In this document: piece after piece, positions 27,453 through 37,833 of the stretch
How positions within the stretch are numbered: position 1 is the first letter of the stretch
How the letters are laid out: each line of letters begins with the position of its first letter
Source: Bacteriovoracaceae bacterium
Lineage (GTDB): Bacteria > Bdellovibrionota > Bacteriovoracia > Bacteriovoracales > Bacteriovoracaceae
Direction: 5' to 3'
Assembly (NCBI GenBank): GCA_965217035.1
Contig: OZ244226.1
Span: 912,146-976,145, forward strand
Length of the DNA stretch: 64,000 nt
Program-made: the position numbers and the translations under genes
Notes under the pieces: generated by a model
The model's input: only the letters and a program-made list of their open reading frames with translations
What the model was told of the DNA's origin: nothing
Databases searched by the model: none

Positions 27453-27481
27453 AATTTAATTTAAAGCGAGAAAGCTGTCAA
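27453..27481 (-). promoter_or_regulatory. Sigma70 promoter of tRNA-Val
   Basis: TTGACA-N17-TAAATT on the minus strand. Confidence 0.65.
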
Positions 27482-27508
27482 AGAAAACGTTTTTGAATGC
27501 ATAAGGTC

Positions 27509-27537
27509 AAAAAAAAGCCCCAGTCTTAAGCTGGGGC
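27509..27537 (-). terminator. Terminator of the clpP-clpX-lon transcript
   Basis: GCCCCAG/CTGGGGC stem plus T8 on the minus strand. Confidence 0.85.
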
Positions 27538-27685
27538 CTTGTGATTATAAAAATTTGTAGTGACTGGTTTAGACGTGGACCTTCCCAGTCCTTGCCCCTT
27601 CGAGATCTCTCGCTATCGCTCGAGCACAACTAATCTATTCCTTCGAATGATCGAGCTGTGCTCGATTGCTTATTACTTAGCGTGA

Positions 27686-30118
27686 TCAGTTTGCAACCTT
27701 ACTCATATCAGCTGCTTCACCACCTTCGATGACCGTAAGATTGGCAGAAACAACTTTCATGAACTCTTCTGGTTTCGTTAGGTCTAGCGCCAACTTAAGA
27801 ACATCCTCAGCTTGAGATACTGGCATCACCTCAACTCCTGACTTGATTTCGTCAGGGATCTTAATCAGATCTTTCGCATTCTTTTGAGGAATAATGACTG
27901 TAGAAATACCAGCTTGTTTTGCAGCTAATAATTTCTCTTTCAATCCACCGATCGGAAGAACTCTACCTCTTAAGGTGATCTCTCCAGTCATCGCTACACA
28001 TTGCTTAACTGGAATTCCTGTAATAGCAGATGTGAAGGCCGTCGCAAGCGTAATCCCTGCTGAAGGTCCATCTTTAGGAGTTGCTCCTTCAGGAACGTGA
28101 ACATGAATATCATTTTTGCTATACCATTCATGATCTATGCCAAGTCGAGCACTGATTGATCTTACATAACTAAGAGCTGCCTTAGCAGATTCTTGCATAA
28201 CATCTCCAAGTTTACCGGTAATTTGAATCTTTCCAGTTCCTGGAACGGTGATGACTTCAACATTAAGAACAGATCCGCCAACTGACGTCCAAGCAAGACC
28301 GTTAACAAGACCGATTTCTGTCTTATCGACTTCAATATCGTCATTTTCATACTTCACAGGTCCTAGGTATTTCTCAACGCCTTTTTCTGTGACATTAAAC
28401 TTCTTACCAGTTTCATGTTCTTTCTCTACAACTTCAGTTGCAATCTTTCTTGCTATTGTGTTCACCTGCCTTTCAAGGTCACGAACACCAGCTTCTCTCG
28501 TGTAAGATCCAATTACTTTAAGAAGTGCTTTATCATTAACTGTTAGAGAGTAATCATCAAGACCATTATTCTCTACAGCTTTCTTGATAAGGTAATTTTT
28601 AGCAATTTGCTTCTTCTCGTACGGAGTGTATCCAGCGATATTAATAATTTCCATTCTATCTCTAAGAGGTCCTGGAATTCTTGAAATATCATTTGCAGTC
28701 ATAATGAACATGACTTTTGAAAGATCATACTCAACTTCAACATAGTGATCTGCAAAGTTTTTATTTTGTTCTGGATCAAGAACTTCAAGCATGGCTGAAC
28801 TTGGATCGCCACGGAAGTCACTACTCATCTTATCGATCTCATCAAGGAGAATTACAGGATTACTTGTTTTCGCTTTTTTGAGAGCTTGAACAACCTTACC
28901 TGGCATTGCTCCAACATAAGTTCTTCTGTGACCTCTGATCTCAGCTTCGTCTCTAACTCCACCAAGTGAGATTCTAACGAAGTTTCTATTCATAGAGTTT
29001 GCAAGAGACTTCGCGATTGATGTCTTACCAACACCAGGAGGCCCTGCAAGGCAAAGAATCGTTCCACGCCCTTCACCTTTTACAAGCTTACGAACAGAAA
29101 GATATTCAATAATTCTATCTTTAACATCTTCAAGACCGAAGTGCTCATCATCAAGAATATTACGAGCTTTCTTCACATCATTATCATCTTCAGAAAACTC
29201 TAACCAAGGAAGATTCAACATCCAATCGATATAGTTTCTGACAACAGCAGATTCAGCTGACATTGGAGACATTGACTTAAGTCTTCTAATCTCTTTAGCA
29301 ACCTTCTCTTTTGCCTCTTGTGGCATATTCTTCTTTTCAAGCTTATCAGCCATCTCATTGAGATCAGATTTTCCATCATCTCTATTGCCAAGTTCTTTTT
29401 GAATCGCATTCATTTGCTCATTGAGATAGTACTCTTTCTGAGATCTTTCCATCTGAGACTTAACTCTTGAACGGATTCTCTTCTCAACATTGATGATCTC
29501 GATCTCTCCTTGCATCTTACCAAGAAGTTTCTGAAGTCGGTCTTCAACTCTGAAACATTCAAGAAGCTCTTGCTTCTCAGGAATCTTCATCGTTAAGTGA
29601 GCAACAACAATATCCGCTAACCTTGAACCTTCTTCAATTGCAGAAATGCTCATAAGAAGCTCAGGTGGGATTCTTTTATTAAGTTTCACATATTGTTCGA
29701 AAGTGTTTTTCACACTTCTTACAACTGCTTCAAGTTCAACTTCATTATCGATTTCATCAGGACATTCTGTAACAGTCGCTGTGTAACCATTCTCTGTGCA
29801 CTCAAAGGTATCAACTTTCGCCCGGGTCTTTCCTTCGATCAGTACCTTAACAGTGTTGTCTGGAAGTCGAAGCATTTGAATGACATTGACGACAACACCA
29901 ACATCATAAACATCTTCTCTTTCAGGATTTAAGACGCTTGCATCTTTTTGAGTAACTAAAAAGAGTTCATTTCCTGTTTTTGCAGCTTCTTCCAAAGCAG
30001 CAATCGACTTTTCTCTCCCAACGAAAAGTGGCACAACCATGTGGGGGAAAATGATAACATCCCGGAGAGGGAGAAGAGGAAATTTCTTTTGGGCGATTGA
30101 AGTTTTTCCTTCAGACAT
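27686..30118 (-). CDS. lon: Lon ATP-dependent protease
   Basis: PLLPLRD N-domain, GPPGVGKT, LLDEIDK, PKDGPSAG, PIGGLKEK. Confidence 0.98.
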   Translation of the reverse strand: MSEGKTSIAQKKFPLLPLRDVIIFPHMVVPLFVGREKSIAALEEAAKTGNELFLVTQKDASVLNPEREDVYDVGVVVNVIQMLRLPDNTVKVLIEGKTRAKVDTFECTENGYTATVTECPDEIDNEVELEAVVRSVKNTFEQYVKLNKRIPPELLMSISAIEEGSRLADIVVAHLTMKIPEKQELLECFRVEDRLQKLLGKMQGEIEIINVEKRIRSRVKSQMERSQKEYYLNEQMNAIQKELGNRDDGKSDLNEMADKLEKKNMPQEAKEKVAKEIRRLKSMSPMSAESAVVRNYIDWMLNLPWLEFSEDDNDVKKARNILDDEHFGLEDVKDRIIEYLSVRKLVKGEGRGTILCLAGPPGVGKTSIAKSLANSMNRNFVRISLGGVRDEAEIRGHRRTYVGAMPGKVVQALKKAKTSNPVILLDEIDKMSSDFRGDPSSAMLEVLDPEQNKNFADHYVEVEYDLSKVMFIMTANDISRIPGPLRDRMEIINIAGYTPYEKKQIAKNYLIKKAVENNGLDDYSLTVNDKALLKVIGSYTREAGVRDLERQVNTIARKIATEVVEKEHETGKKFNVTEKGVEKYLGPVKYENDDIEVDKTEIGLVNGLAWTSVGGSVLNVEVITVPGTGKIQITGKLGDVMQESAKAALSYVRSISARLGIDHEWYSKNDIHVHVPEGATPKDGPSAGITLATAFTSAITGIPVKQCVAMTGEITLRGRVLPIGGLKEKLLAAKQAGISTVIIPQKNAKDLIKIPDEIKSGVEVMPVSQAEDVLKLALDLTKPEEFMKVVSANLTVIEGGEAADMSKVAN

Positions 30119-30177
30119 AGCACCTCCTGCGCATTAACTGTAATCCTTCCCTAGATTACTTTTGTTGTCCTAATATT

Positions 30178-30206
30178 ATTGTCCCGTGAAACCGGATACC
30201 GGTCAA
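30178..30206 (-). promoter_or_regulatory. Candidate internal sigma70 promoter for lon
   Basis: TTGACC-N17-GACAAT on the minus strand, overlapping the palindrome ACCGG-ATA-CCGGT. Confidence 0.45.
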
Positions 30207-30299
30207 AAACGAGGTGCATTAGCCTTTTTTTCCCTAGAGATTTTTTATTGGAAACTCATAATCATATAAGAATTACAAAAGGAAGGTCAGAGAACGCCT

Positions 30300-31637
30300 C
30301 TAAGAGGCGTTCTCAATATCTTTGTCTTTGCTTTTTGGTTTATCAGCATCGGTATCGAATCCCGACTTTTTCTCTCGGGCTTTTCTTTCACCTTCGATCA
30401 ATTTCGGTTGCTCTTTACCTTCGATCGCAGCTTTAGTGATCACACATTTTGCAATCTTCTCATTAGCTGGAATCTCGTACATCACGTCTAGCATGGTCTG
30501 TTCGAGAATTGAACGTAAACCACGCGCTCCAGTTTTTTTCTTCAGCGCTGTTCTCGCAACTTCAATAAGTGCTTCTTCTTCAAATTCAATTTCAATTCCA
30601 TCAAATTCAAACAATCTCTTATATTGTTTTACAAGAGCATTCTTTGGTTCTGTCAAAATCTGAACGAGTGCCTCTTCATCCAATTCTTCAAGCATTGCAT
30701 TAACTGGAAGCCGTCCAATGAACTCAGGGATCAAACCAAACTTTGAAAGATCTTCTGGCTCAATTCCGCCAAGTTGTTCAATGGTCGAATTAGTCACTTT
30801 CTCTGTCGTCTCATTATTAAAGCCCATAGGTCTTTTTGTTTTTCTGTTTTCAATAATTTTTGAAAGACCGACAAAAGCTCCTGCACAGATAAAAAGGATA
30901 TTCTTTGTATCAATCTGTAAAAACTCTTGTTGAGGATGTTTACGCCCACCCTTTGGTGGTATAGATGCAACAGTTCCTTCCACTAGTTTAAGAAGTGCTT
31001 GTTGAACACCTTCACCTGAAACGTCTCTTGTTATAGACGGGTTATCAGATTTTCTTGCGATCTTATCAATCTCATCAATATAGATAATCCCTCTTTGCGC
31101 GCGATCAATATCGTAATCACAATTCTGAAGAAGGTTTACAATGATGTTTTCAACATCTTCACCAACATATCCTGCTTCTGTTAAAGACGTCGCATCAGCG
31201 ATCGCAAAAGGAACATTTAAGAACTTCGCTAGCGATTGAGCAATAAGGGTCTTACCGGATCCTGTTGGACCAGCAAGAAGAATATTTGACTTCGCAAGCT
31301 CTACTCCATCACCATCTTTCCCATTTGGTTTATAAGCGATTCTTTTATAATGATTATGAACAGCAACAGAAATAATCTTTTTAGCTCTTTGTTGACCAAT
31401 AACATATTGATCAAGGTGTTCTTTAATCTCATGTGGTTTCGGCACATTATCAAGTGTCGCTTTTTGAACTGACTTTACTTGATCTTCGTAAATAATATCA
31501 TTGCAAAGTTCAATACATTCATCACAAATATAGACACCCGGTCCCGCAATGAGTTTCTTTACCTCTTTCTGCGACTTTCCACAAAAGCTGCAGTTTAAAC
31601 TTCCACTTTGTCCGCTACCATAGTTTCTTTTGGTCAT
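30300..31637 (-). CDS. clpX: ClpX ATPase
   Basis: CSFCGK Zn finger, [31 protein letters not shown]. Confidence 0.98.
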   Translation of the reverse strand: MTKRNYGSGQSGSLNCSFCGKSQKEVKKLIAGPGVYICDECIELCNDIIYEDQVKSVQKATLDNVPKPHEIKEHLDQYVIGQQRAKKIISVAVHNHYKRIAYKPNGKDGDGVELAKSNILLAGPTGSGKTLIAQSLAKFLNVPFAIADATSLTEAGYVGEDVENIIVNLLQNCDYDIDRAQRGIIYIDEIDKIARKSDNPSITRDVSGEGVQQALLKLVEGTVASIPPKGGRKHPQQEFLQIDTKNILFICAGAFVGLSKIIENRKTKRPMGFNNETTEKVTNSTIEQLGGIEPEDLSKFGLIPEFIGRLPVNAMLEELDEEALVQILTEPKNALVKQYKRLFEFDGIEIEFEEEALIEVARTALKKKTGARGLRSILEQTMLDVMYEIPANEKIAKCVITKAAIEGKEQPKLIEGERKAREKKSGFDTDADKPKSKDKDIENAS

Positions 31638-31655
31638 TCCAATCCCCTTTCGGAA

Positions 31656-32273
31656 TTAAACATCATTCTTCTTACCTTTAGGTCTAATAACATTATCAAT
31701 TAACCCAAAGTTTTCAGCTTCTTCCGGACTTAAATAGTTGTCACGGTCACAAGCTTTTTCAACATCTTCAAATTTCTGTCCTGTATGATGAACGTAGATA
31801 TCATAAAGGCGTTTCTTTAAATCTAAAACTTCTTTCGCTTGGATTTCAATGTCGGACGCCTGTCCTCTTGCACCACCAAGCGGTTGGTGAATCATAATTC
31901 GACTATGCGGGAGTGCATTCCTACAACCAGGATGTCCTGCTTGAAGAAGTAGAGATCCCATCGATGCAGCCATTCCTAAACAATAAGTATGAACTGGACA
32001 AGAAATGTGTTGCATAACATCGTAAATACCAAGACCTGCGTAAACTGATCCACCTGGACTATTAATATAGAAGTGAATCGGAGCCTGCGGATCTGTTTGC
32101 TCTAAAAAAAGCATTTGAGCAACCAAGAGATTAGAAACAGTATCGTTAACTTCTGTTCCTAAAAAGATAATTCTATCTAAGAGTAGACGAGAATAAATAT
32201 CATACTGTCTCTCCCCTCGAGCAGTTTGTTCAATAACAACAGGATTGGGAATGTAGGCCTTCGGATCGAACAT
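31656..32273 (-). CDS. clpP: ClpP peptidase
   Basis: [31 protein letters not shown]. Start moved to the ATG after AAGGGG. Confidence 0.97.
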   Translation of the reverse strand: MFDPKAYIPNPVVIEQTARGERQYDIYSRLLLDRIIFLGTEVNDTVSNLLVAQMLFLEQTDPQAPIHFYINSPGGSVYAGLGIYDVMQHISCPVHTYCLGMAASMGSLLLQAGHPGCRNALPHSRIMIHQPLGGARGQASDIEIQAKEVLDLKKRLYDIYVHHTGQKFEDVEKACDRDNYLSPEEAENFGLIDNVIRPKGKKNDV

Positions 32274-32453
32274 TTGTACCCCTTTTGAGTTCAAAAACCC
32301 GGATTGATAACTTTCAAGCACTATATTTCTTATCGTCCATAAGGCGCTGAAAATTTAACTAATTCTTCCAGATCTTCATGATAATACAAGATTTTCCGCC
32401 TCTCAGGTGAGGGTAAAATGCCCTTTTCCGACTATATTTATCAATTAGGAAGT

Positions 32454-32490
32454 ATAGCCTATGCCTATGTAACGATAGATTTTAGTTGAT
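32454..32490 (+). promoter_or_regulatory. OxyR-like operator upstream of the peroxiredoxin
   Basis: ATAG-N7-CTAT-N6-ATAG-N7-TTGAT. Confidence 0.5.
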
Positions 32491-32574
32491 TGTAATTCAT
32501 GTAGAAGCTCTGTACACTGACTGTCAAACTCGGGCTATTGCCGACCTTAAAACATAAAAACAGGAGAAAACTTT

Positions 32575-33159
32575 ATGTCTCGTTTAGTAGGAAACACAGC
32601 ACCAGACTTTTCTGCTCCAGCACTCGTCAATGGAGAGGAGAAAACTGTTTCGCTTTCAGATTACAAAGGAAAGTGGAAGATTTTATTCTTTTACCCATTA
32701 GATTTCACATTTGTATGCCCAACTGAAATCATTGCATTTTCAGATGCTGCAAAGAAATTCCAAGATGCTGGTTGCGAACTTATCGCAAGTTCGGTTGATT
32801 CTTTCTTTTCTCACCTCGCTTGGACTCAACAAGATAGAAATGAAGGCGGCCTAGGAGAGGTAAATTTCCCTATTCTTGCTGATCTTAATAAAACAGTCGC
32901 AAGAGATTACGAAGTTCTTACTGATGACGGCGTTGCGTTGCGAGGACTTTTTCTTATCGATGATAATGACGTTATTCAGCATGCAACAATCAACAACCTT
33001 TCAGTTGGAAGAAATGTTGATGAAGCATTAAGACTACTTAAGGCTTACCAATTTACTGCTGAAAAAGGTGAAGTTTGCCCTGCCAACTGGACCGAAGGGG
33101 CTGACTCTATGAAGCCTGATCCAAAAGGATCGAAAGAATGGTTCAATAAGAATATGTAA
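32575..33159 (+). CDS. ahpC: Typical 2-Cys peroxiredoxin
   Basis: FYPLDFTFVCPTE, GGLG, GEVCPANW. Confidence 0.93.
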   Translation: MSRLVGNTAPDFSAPALVNGEEKTVSLSDYKGKWKILFFYPLDFTFVCPTEIIAFSDAAKKFQDAGCELIASSVDSFFSHLAWTQQDRNEGGLGEVNFPILADLNKTVARDYEVLTDDGVALRGLFLIDDNDVIQHATINNLSVGRNVDEALRLLKAYQFTAEKGEVCPANWTEGADSMKPDPKGSKEWFNKNM

Positions 33160-33166
33160 TATCTTT

Positions 33167-33200
33167 AGAGCGCAGAGTTTTTGACTCTGTGCTCTTTTCT
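33167..33200 (+). terminator. Terminator after ahpC
   Basis: AGAGCGCAGAGT/ACTCTGTGCTCT followed by a T-rich tail. Confidence 0.75.
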
Positions 33201-33274
33201 TTTCCGTCCTATAAATATTTCACTGCCCTCATTCACCATTGTCAGCCTGCAACCTCTCGAATTATAAGCTTTCT

Positions 33275-33571
33275 ATGAACAAAAAGAACGTCATTTCACT
33301 TGTAGAATTTAAAGAACTCAAAACCGCTGAAGAGAATAATAGGAAATATGAAGCTCTTTTAGATTCCCTTAGTCTGACTGAGATACGCTCCGAGATTAAT
33401 GGTCTTCTAAACGACCTAAGGTCCATGATCGGACTTGGCAAAAAAGAAGCTGATCAAGGAAAAATGATTCTCAAGCAACTTGAGGAACGTTGTACCGAGG
33501 CAGAGTGCTCTGCTCAAATCAATATGATGCTTTCGCATTTTGAAAAACAATTTTCTACACTAGATCGATAA
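33275..33571 (+). CDS. Hypothetical helical protein
   Basis: ATG start MNKKNVISLVEFK, coiled-coil character. Confidence 0.6.
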   Translation: MNKKNVISLVEFKELKTAEENNRKYEALLDSLSLTEIRSEINGLLNDLRSMIGLGKKEADQGKMILKQLEERCTEAECSAQINMMLSHFEKQFSTLDR

Positions 33572-34487
33572 GCCGAGATTGCAAGTCCTTAAGCAAGGAC
33601 TTGTCTTTTCTCTTTATTTGAATTTCCCAATGAGAGAGATCTTTTAATAAAGACGAAAGTTCTTTGGATGGATAGCTTTGCTGAACAGCAAGGATTTTTT
33701 TATCAAACGTGTTCAGCTTTGATTTCTTTTCGCTGTACTTAGTATCAGTTGATTTCAAAACAAAACTTCTTAAAAATGTAACGACCTTATGAGAGCTGGC
33801 CCAATTATCGTTTCTTAGATTTTCTAAGAGGTCTGAATAAAGACTTTTGATTCTTCTCTGGCTTAAGTAATCAGAAAGAGTGAAAGGGTTCAAATCTCCA
33901 GTTGAAAGCACATCATTAATTTGCTCAAGAGAAATCTTTGAAACATCCTCATAAACCAATGATAAATAGTTGAGTTGGTCATAAATTTCTCTTTTCCTTT
34001 CAATAGTCCAATTGGAAAAGTATTGTCTAATCGCAGGAGAAAATGACTTCTCTAATATTAAGCCGAAAAATTCCAAAAGCTTATCCAGTTCCCAGAAACT
34101 AAATTCTTTCACCTGAAAGATATTAAACTCTCCAGAAAGAGACTTAGAGAAACCTTTAGGCTCTTTGGCAAAATGTAGAAAGATTTTTTCTGATGGATGT
34201 TCTATTTTTGTTATCAGCTCAAGGACTTTCTTGGAACTCGACTCAGTATTATAGATGAAGTAAGAATTAGTATCAGCAAATAGAGATAAATCAAACCAGG
34301 TTTCATTCACCCATTCTTCTGTTAAATCCTCTCCCCAGCGAGAACAAAGATTCCCTTGAGACTTCCTTAAGCAATCATTAAGAAGTTTGGCCCAAAAAGG
34401 ATCCTTCACTTCTAAAATATTGACCTCATTGAACTCATGAGATGAATAGTTTTTATAAAAATCGAGTATTGTTCCTTTAAAAGGCAT
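33555..34487 (-). CDS. holA: DNA polymerase III delta subunit-like (divergent)
   Basis: Follows lptE (canonical lptE-holA order), LSLFAD motif, about 310 aa. Confidence 0.6.
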   Translation of the reverse strand: MPFKGTILDFYKNYSSHEFNEVNILEVKDPFWAKLLNDCLRKSQGNLCSRWGEDLTEEWVNETWFDLSLFADTNSYFIYNTESSSKKVLELITKIEHPSEKIFLHFAKEPKGFSKSLSGEFNIFQVKEFSFWELDKLLEFFGLILEKSFSPAIRQYFSNWTIERKREIYDQLNYLSLVYEDVSKISLEQINDVLSTGDLNPFTLSDYLSQRRIKSLYSDLLENLRNDNWASSHKVVTFLRSFVLKSTDTKYSEKKSKLNTFDKKILAVQQSYPSKELSSLLKDLSHWEIQIKRKDKSLLKDLQSRLIDLV

Positions 34488-35175
34488 AAAAAATGATATT
34501 CCTAAAATTGGCAGCAGCCTTACGAGCTTCCTCGATAATCGTTTTCTCTAGGATTCCTCGGTTTTGAGTCATATTAATAACTGAGTTATCCGAAGTGATA
34601 ATATTACTTCCATTCTTTTCTTTATCAAAGATCTCTCGCTCAAAACGACGATTAATAACAATTGTTTCTTTCAAAATAACCGCGTCGCTTTTTTCCGCCA
34701 TTTCAGGAAAGTTCTTTTCACGAATCATGTAGACCATCCCCTTTGACTTTGCAGATTTTCTTATTAAGTAGACATCCAGTGTTAAGTTAAGAATAGAAAC
34801 AGTTGGAACAATTGCATTTCTTGTTGCTCCAGTGATCTGATTATTAACAGCGACTGGCGCGACTTCGGAGACATCTCTAATGGCATCACCAGCTAACGTT
34901 TGTGACATTTTGTAGGGACTTTTCAAAACTCCTACCAGGTAGGCATCAACATTTTTGCTAGAAGCTTCTTTCACATCAATATCCTTTAACTCATAGAGCA
35001 AGTGCGTAAAATACCTTGTGAAATGATGAGTAACATTACTGAGGTTCGTTTGATTATAGAACATAGGAACACTAACAGATTGGACCCCATACTTTTTAAA
35101 AGGATTTACTCGACGAGTTAAGTTATAAGAACTGCATGAACAAAAAAGAATCGACAAAAACAACAAAAGCTTCAT
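34477..35175 (-). CDS. lptE: LptE-like LPS-assembly lipoprotein
   Basis: Lipobox LFCSCSSY, VSVPMFYNQT, DAYLVG, position upstream of holA. Confidence 0.65.
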   Translation of the reverse strand: MKLLLFLSILFCSCSSYNLTRRVNPFKKYGVQSVSVPMFYNQTNLSNVTHHFTRYFTHLLYELKDIDVKEASSKNVDAYLVGVLKSPYKMSQTLAGDAIRDVSEVAPVAVNNQITGATRNAIVPTVSILNLTLDVYLIRKSAKSKGMVYMIREKNFPEMAEKSDAVILKETIVINRRFEREIFDKEKNGSNIITSDNSVINMTQNRGILEKTIIEEARKAAANFRNIIFYAF

Positions 35176-35185
35176 ATCTTAAGGC

Positions 35186-35671
35186 ATGTTAAAAGATCTC
35201 GGTCAGATACTCAACAAAAGTTTTGCAAAGCATCGTTATCGTCCAGGAGGCGATGTCGACACCTTAATATTATTAAGGAATTGGGAGAATATTGTTGGGG
35301 AAAAGCTCTATTCAGTTAGTCTTCCCCAAAGGATCTTTAAAGAAACACTATATATAATAGTGAATCACTCTGCCTATGCTCATCATTTAAAGCAGATTGG
35401 TGATCAGATTCTTAAAAAAATTGAAACTCTTTACCCAAACTATCGGAATAAAATAAAGCAACTTAGATTTATCTTTTCGGAGAAAGCCTTTGAAGAGATT
35501 CAGATGAATATTCCTAGAGAACCTTTAGAACAAAAGATCCAAGATCTCTTCAACCCTAGAGATCCAAAATTTAAATCTCTTTACACAAATGCTGAAAAAC
35601 TATTTGAAGGAACACCTGATGATTTAAAAGAGAGCTTCATCTCACTTTATATTCAATCTCATATGGACTAA
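35186..35671 (+). CDS. DUF721/DciA-family protein
   Basis: WENIVGEKL...P...TLYIIVNHSAYAHHL...IKQLRF. Confidence 0.75.
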   Translation: MLKDLGQILNKSFAKHRYRPGGDVDTLILLRNWENIVGEKLYSVSLPQRIFKETLYIIVNHSAYAHHLKQIGDQILKKIETLYPNYRNKIKQLRFIFSEKAFEEIQMNIPREPLEQKIQDLFNPRDPKFKSLYTNAEKLFEGTPDDLKESFISLYIQSHMD

Positions 35672-36208
35672 ACACTCTTTTGCATTAAGTTTTCGACTCT
35701 CGATTAACATCAAATTCATTTTTTCCTTAAAGTTTTCATCTTCATCTAGAGGAATAAGAACAAATAAATCTCCCATTTCTTGCATTTGTCCTTTTACCCA
35801 ACTTGAAAAATCCGACCATTCAAAGCCTCGAATTTTGCAATGCTTTTTCTTTTCATTAAATGGAGTTCTTTTTGACTTCTCAGAAAAAAATGGAGGATTT
35901 GCCATAATCAAGTCATACTTATGATCCGAGAAATCTCTAAAATCTCCTTGCAAGAATTTAATATTTTTTAAACTGGAACAATTCTCTTTCCAATGAGTCT
36001 CGAATTCGTTTTGCAATTCTATAAAATAAAGACTTTTTAAGTTTGGATTCTTTTCATAATAGGTTCTCCCTACGATTCCACAACCTGCAAAAACATCACA
36101 AGCAAATTGTGCTTCTTTATTTTTTTCATAAGCAAAGTTTGAAAGTTGGATAGAGCTTTCTGCAAAATGATAGAAAGAAGGTTGAGAGTATTTTTCTTTA
36201 GATATCAT
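35642..36208 (-). CDS. SAM-dependent methyltransferase, tRNA1(Val) A37 N6-methylase-like
   Basis: YSQPSFYHFAESSIQL, DVFAGCG, IELQ, GDF, ANPPFF. Confidence 0.75.
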   Translation of the reverse strand: MISKEKYSQPSFYHFAESSIQLSNFAYEKNKEAQFACDVFAGCGIVGRTYYEKNPNLKSLYFIELQNEFETHWKENCSSLKNIKFLQGDFRDFSDHKYDLIMANPPFFSEKSKRTPFNEKKKHCKIRGFEWSDFSSWVKGQMQEMGDLFVLIPLDEDENFKEKMNLMLIESRKLNAKECLVHMRLNIK

Positions 36209-37427
36209 TTAAATATCGTTTCTTTAAATCGCCCATCGCCATTAAATGATATAAGGAATAAACGGGCCAACGCTTCTTGATCAATTGTCTCGCATAAAAC
36301 TTTCTCTTTTCTTGTAAGGATTTAGCAGGAAGAATAATCTCTCCTTTAAATCTTTTTCCACTCAATACGGAAGACCCTATTAAATCATAGAAATATCTTT
36401 TTGATTTCAAATTTTTAGAAAATCTTATCTCTCTTAATTTTGATAGAACTGAATTCCTATTCTCTGGATTGAATAAAAATTCCAAGAAAGGCACACCGAG
36501 GTTTTCAGTTTTGAGCTCATCGGGAATTTTCCAGAAGTTTTGAAGATATTGTTTTAACTCATCCTCTCCTAATTTCTTTAACACCACTTCTCCCCAATTA
36601 TTGGGTAGTACTTGTCCCCAGCGGAAATTTTTAATATAGAGCCGTATATCGTCTTTCTCTAAAGAGCTATAACTTTTCTGAATTTTGTCTTGAATATCTT
36701 TAGAAACTTCTCCCCAATCAAATTTAGAAAGATAACTAACCAAGGTCGCAAAGATAACGCTCTCAAGTCGAGAATTCGCAAGAGTGAGCAGCTCATCCAA
36801 AATTTGAGTCAATCGAATTTTGCCATCTTTGTCATTAACAATCTTTCTTTCAACTCGATAATCTAAATCAATAAGATATTCAGCAATATCAGATGAAACC
36901 ATTCTTCTTAAATGAATCCTAACATTATCCAATCTATTAAAATAGAAATGCCAATGTAAAATAAGAACTTCACGGATGATCGATGTTTTATAAGTCTTTA
37001 ACTTTTGAATAACTTGGAAATAATTTTCAATTGTTAAATCTTTTTGGTTTTTTTGCTTAAAGTAATACCTAAGAATATTTTCAAGATCAGTATTTGATCC
37101 TTTTTGATAGTCTGAAGCGAAATAATTCCTACCAAGCTTATAATTAGAACATTTTTCTCTAAGCTCTTGTCTCTTCTTTACACTTCTTAAAAAGAAATAA
37201 AGATAACCAATCACTTCTTCCAAACTTTTCTCACATTCAATTCTTTCTAATTGAGGGATCTTGCTTTCAAGATAAAAACCAAAGGGAGAATAGTTTATTT
37301 TAATACTTCCATCAGATAGCTGAATAGCGGGATAGACACTCTTGATATTGTTATTTGAAATTTCCTGAGAAAAAGAACTAAGAACAAAAAGCGAAGAAAT
37401 GAGAAGAAAGCATTTAATCTTCATCAT
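36198..37427 (-). CDS. Exported hypothetical protein
   Basis: Signal-like MMKIKCFLLISSLFVLSSFS, translationally coupled to its neighbours. Confidence 0.7.
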   Translation of the reverse strand: MMKIKCFLLISSLFVLSSFSQEISNNNIKSVYPAIQLSDGSIKINYSPFGFYLESKIPQLERIECEKSLEEVIGYLYFFLRSVKKRQELREKCSNYKLGRNYFASDYQKGSNTDLENILRYYFKQKNQKDLTIENYFQVIQKLKTYKTSIIREVLILHWHFYFNRLDNVRIHLRRMVSSDIAEYLIDLDYRVERKIVNDKDGKIRLTQILDELLTLANSRLESVIFATLVSYLSKFDWGEVSKDIQDKIQKSYSSLEKDDIRLYIKNFRWGQVLPNNWGEVVLKKLGEDELKQYLQNFWKIPDELKTENLGVPFLEFLFNPENRNSVLSKLREIRFSKNLKSKRYFYDLIGSSVLSGKRFKGEIILPAKSLQEKRKFYARQLIKKRWPVYSLYHLMAMGDLKKRYLNDI

Positions 37428-37833
37428 TGTTGAATTCAGGACTTTTAATACCCTCAAGAACTTCACCTTTTTTATCAATATTTTCAATTGGAATAACTTG
37501 GGTGATCACTCGTTGGTTCGTATCTTCAAAAGAAACATCTCCATTCGGAAAATCATGTTTCTTAGTCTTCGCTTTTGGAGTAGCACCAGATTGTCTCATC
37601 CTCATCTCATTCAGGGCTTCACTTACTGGATTAAAACCTTGCTCCGTTTCTGAGTAAACATATCTATCTAAAAGATTTTTCTCTCTTAAATAAAACCAAT
37701 AGCCATTTCCTGAACAAATTTCGTCATCCAAATGAATAGAACCATTTTCAATCAGCTCTAAAAGCTTCTCCTTGCTAATAGGTCCTAGCAAGTAGTTCGA
37801 TCTTGTTCTTATCATCCATTTCGAGTTCATCAA
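37414..37833 (-). CDS. GYF-like domain protein
   Basis: WMIRT...LGPISKEKLLELIENGSI..DDEICSGNGYW is a GYF_2-like pattern. Confidence 0.65.
   Translation of the reverse strand: MMNSKWMIRTRSNYLLGPISKEKLLELIENGSIHLDDEICSGNGYWFYLREKNLLDRYVYSETEQGFNPVSEALNEMRMRQSGATPKAKTKKHDFPNGDVSFEDTNQRVITQVIPIENIDKKGEVLEGIKSPEFNNDED

Noticed and set aside
27894..30933. Short + strand ORFs within lon and clpX
   Set aside because: Antisense shadows of highly conserved genes.
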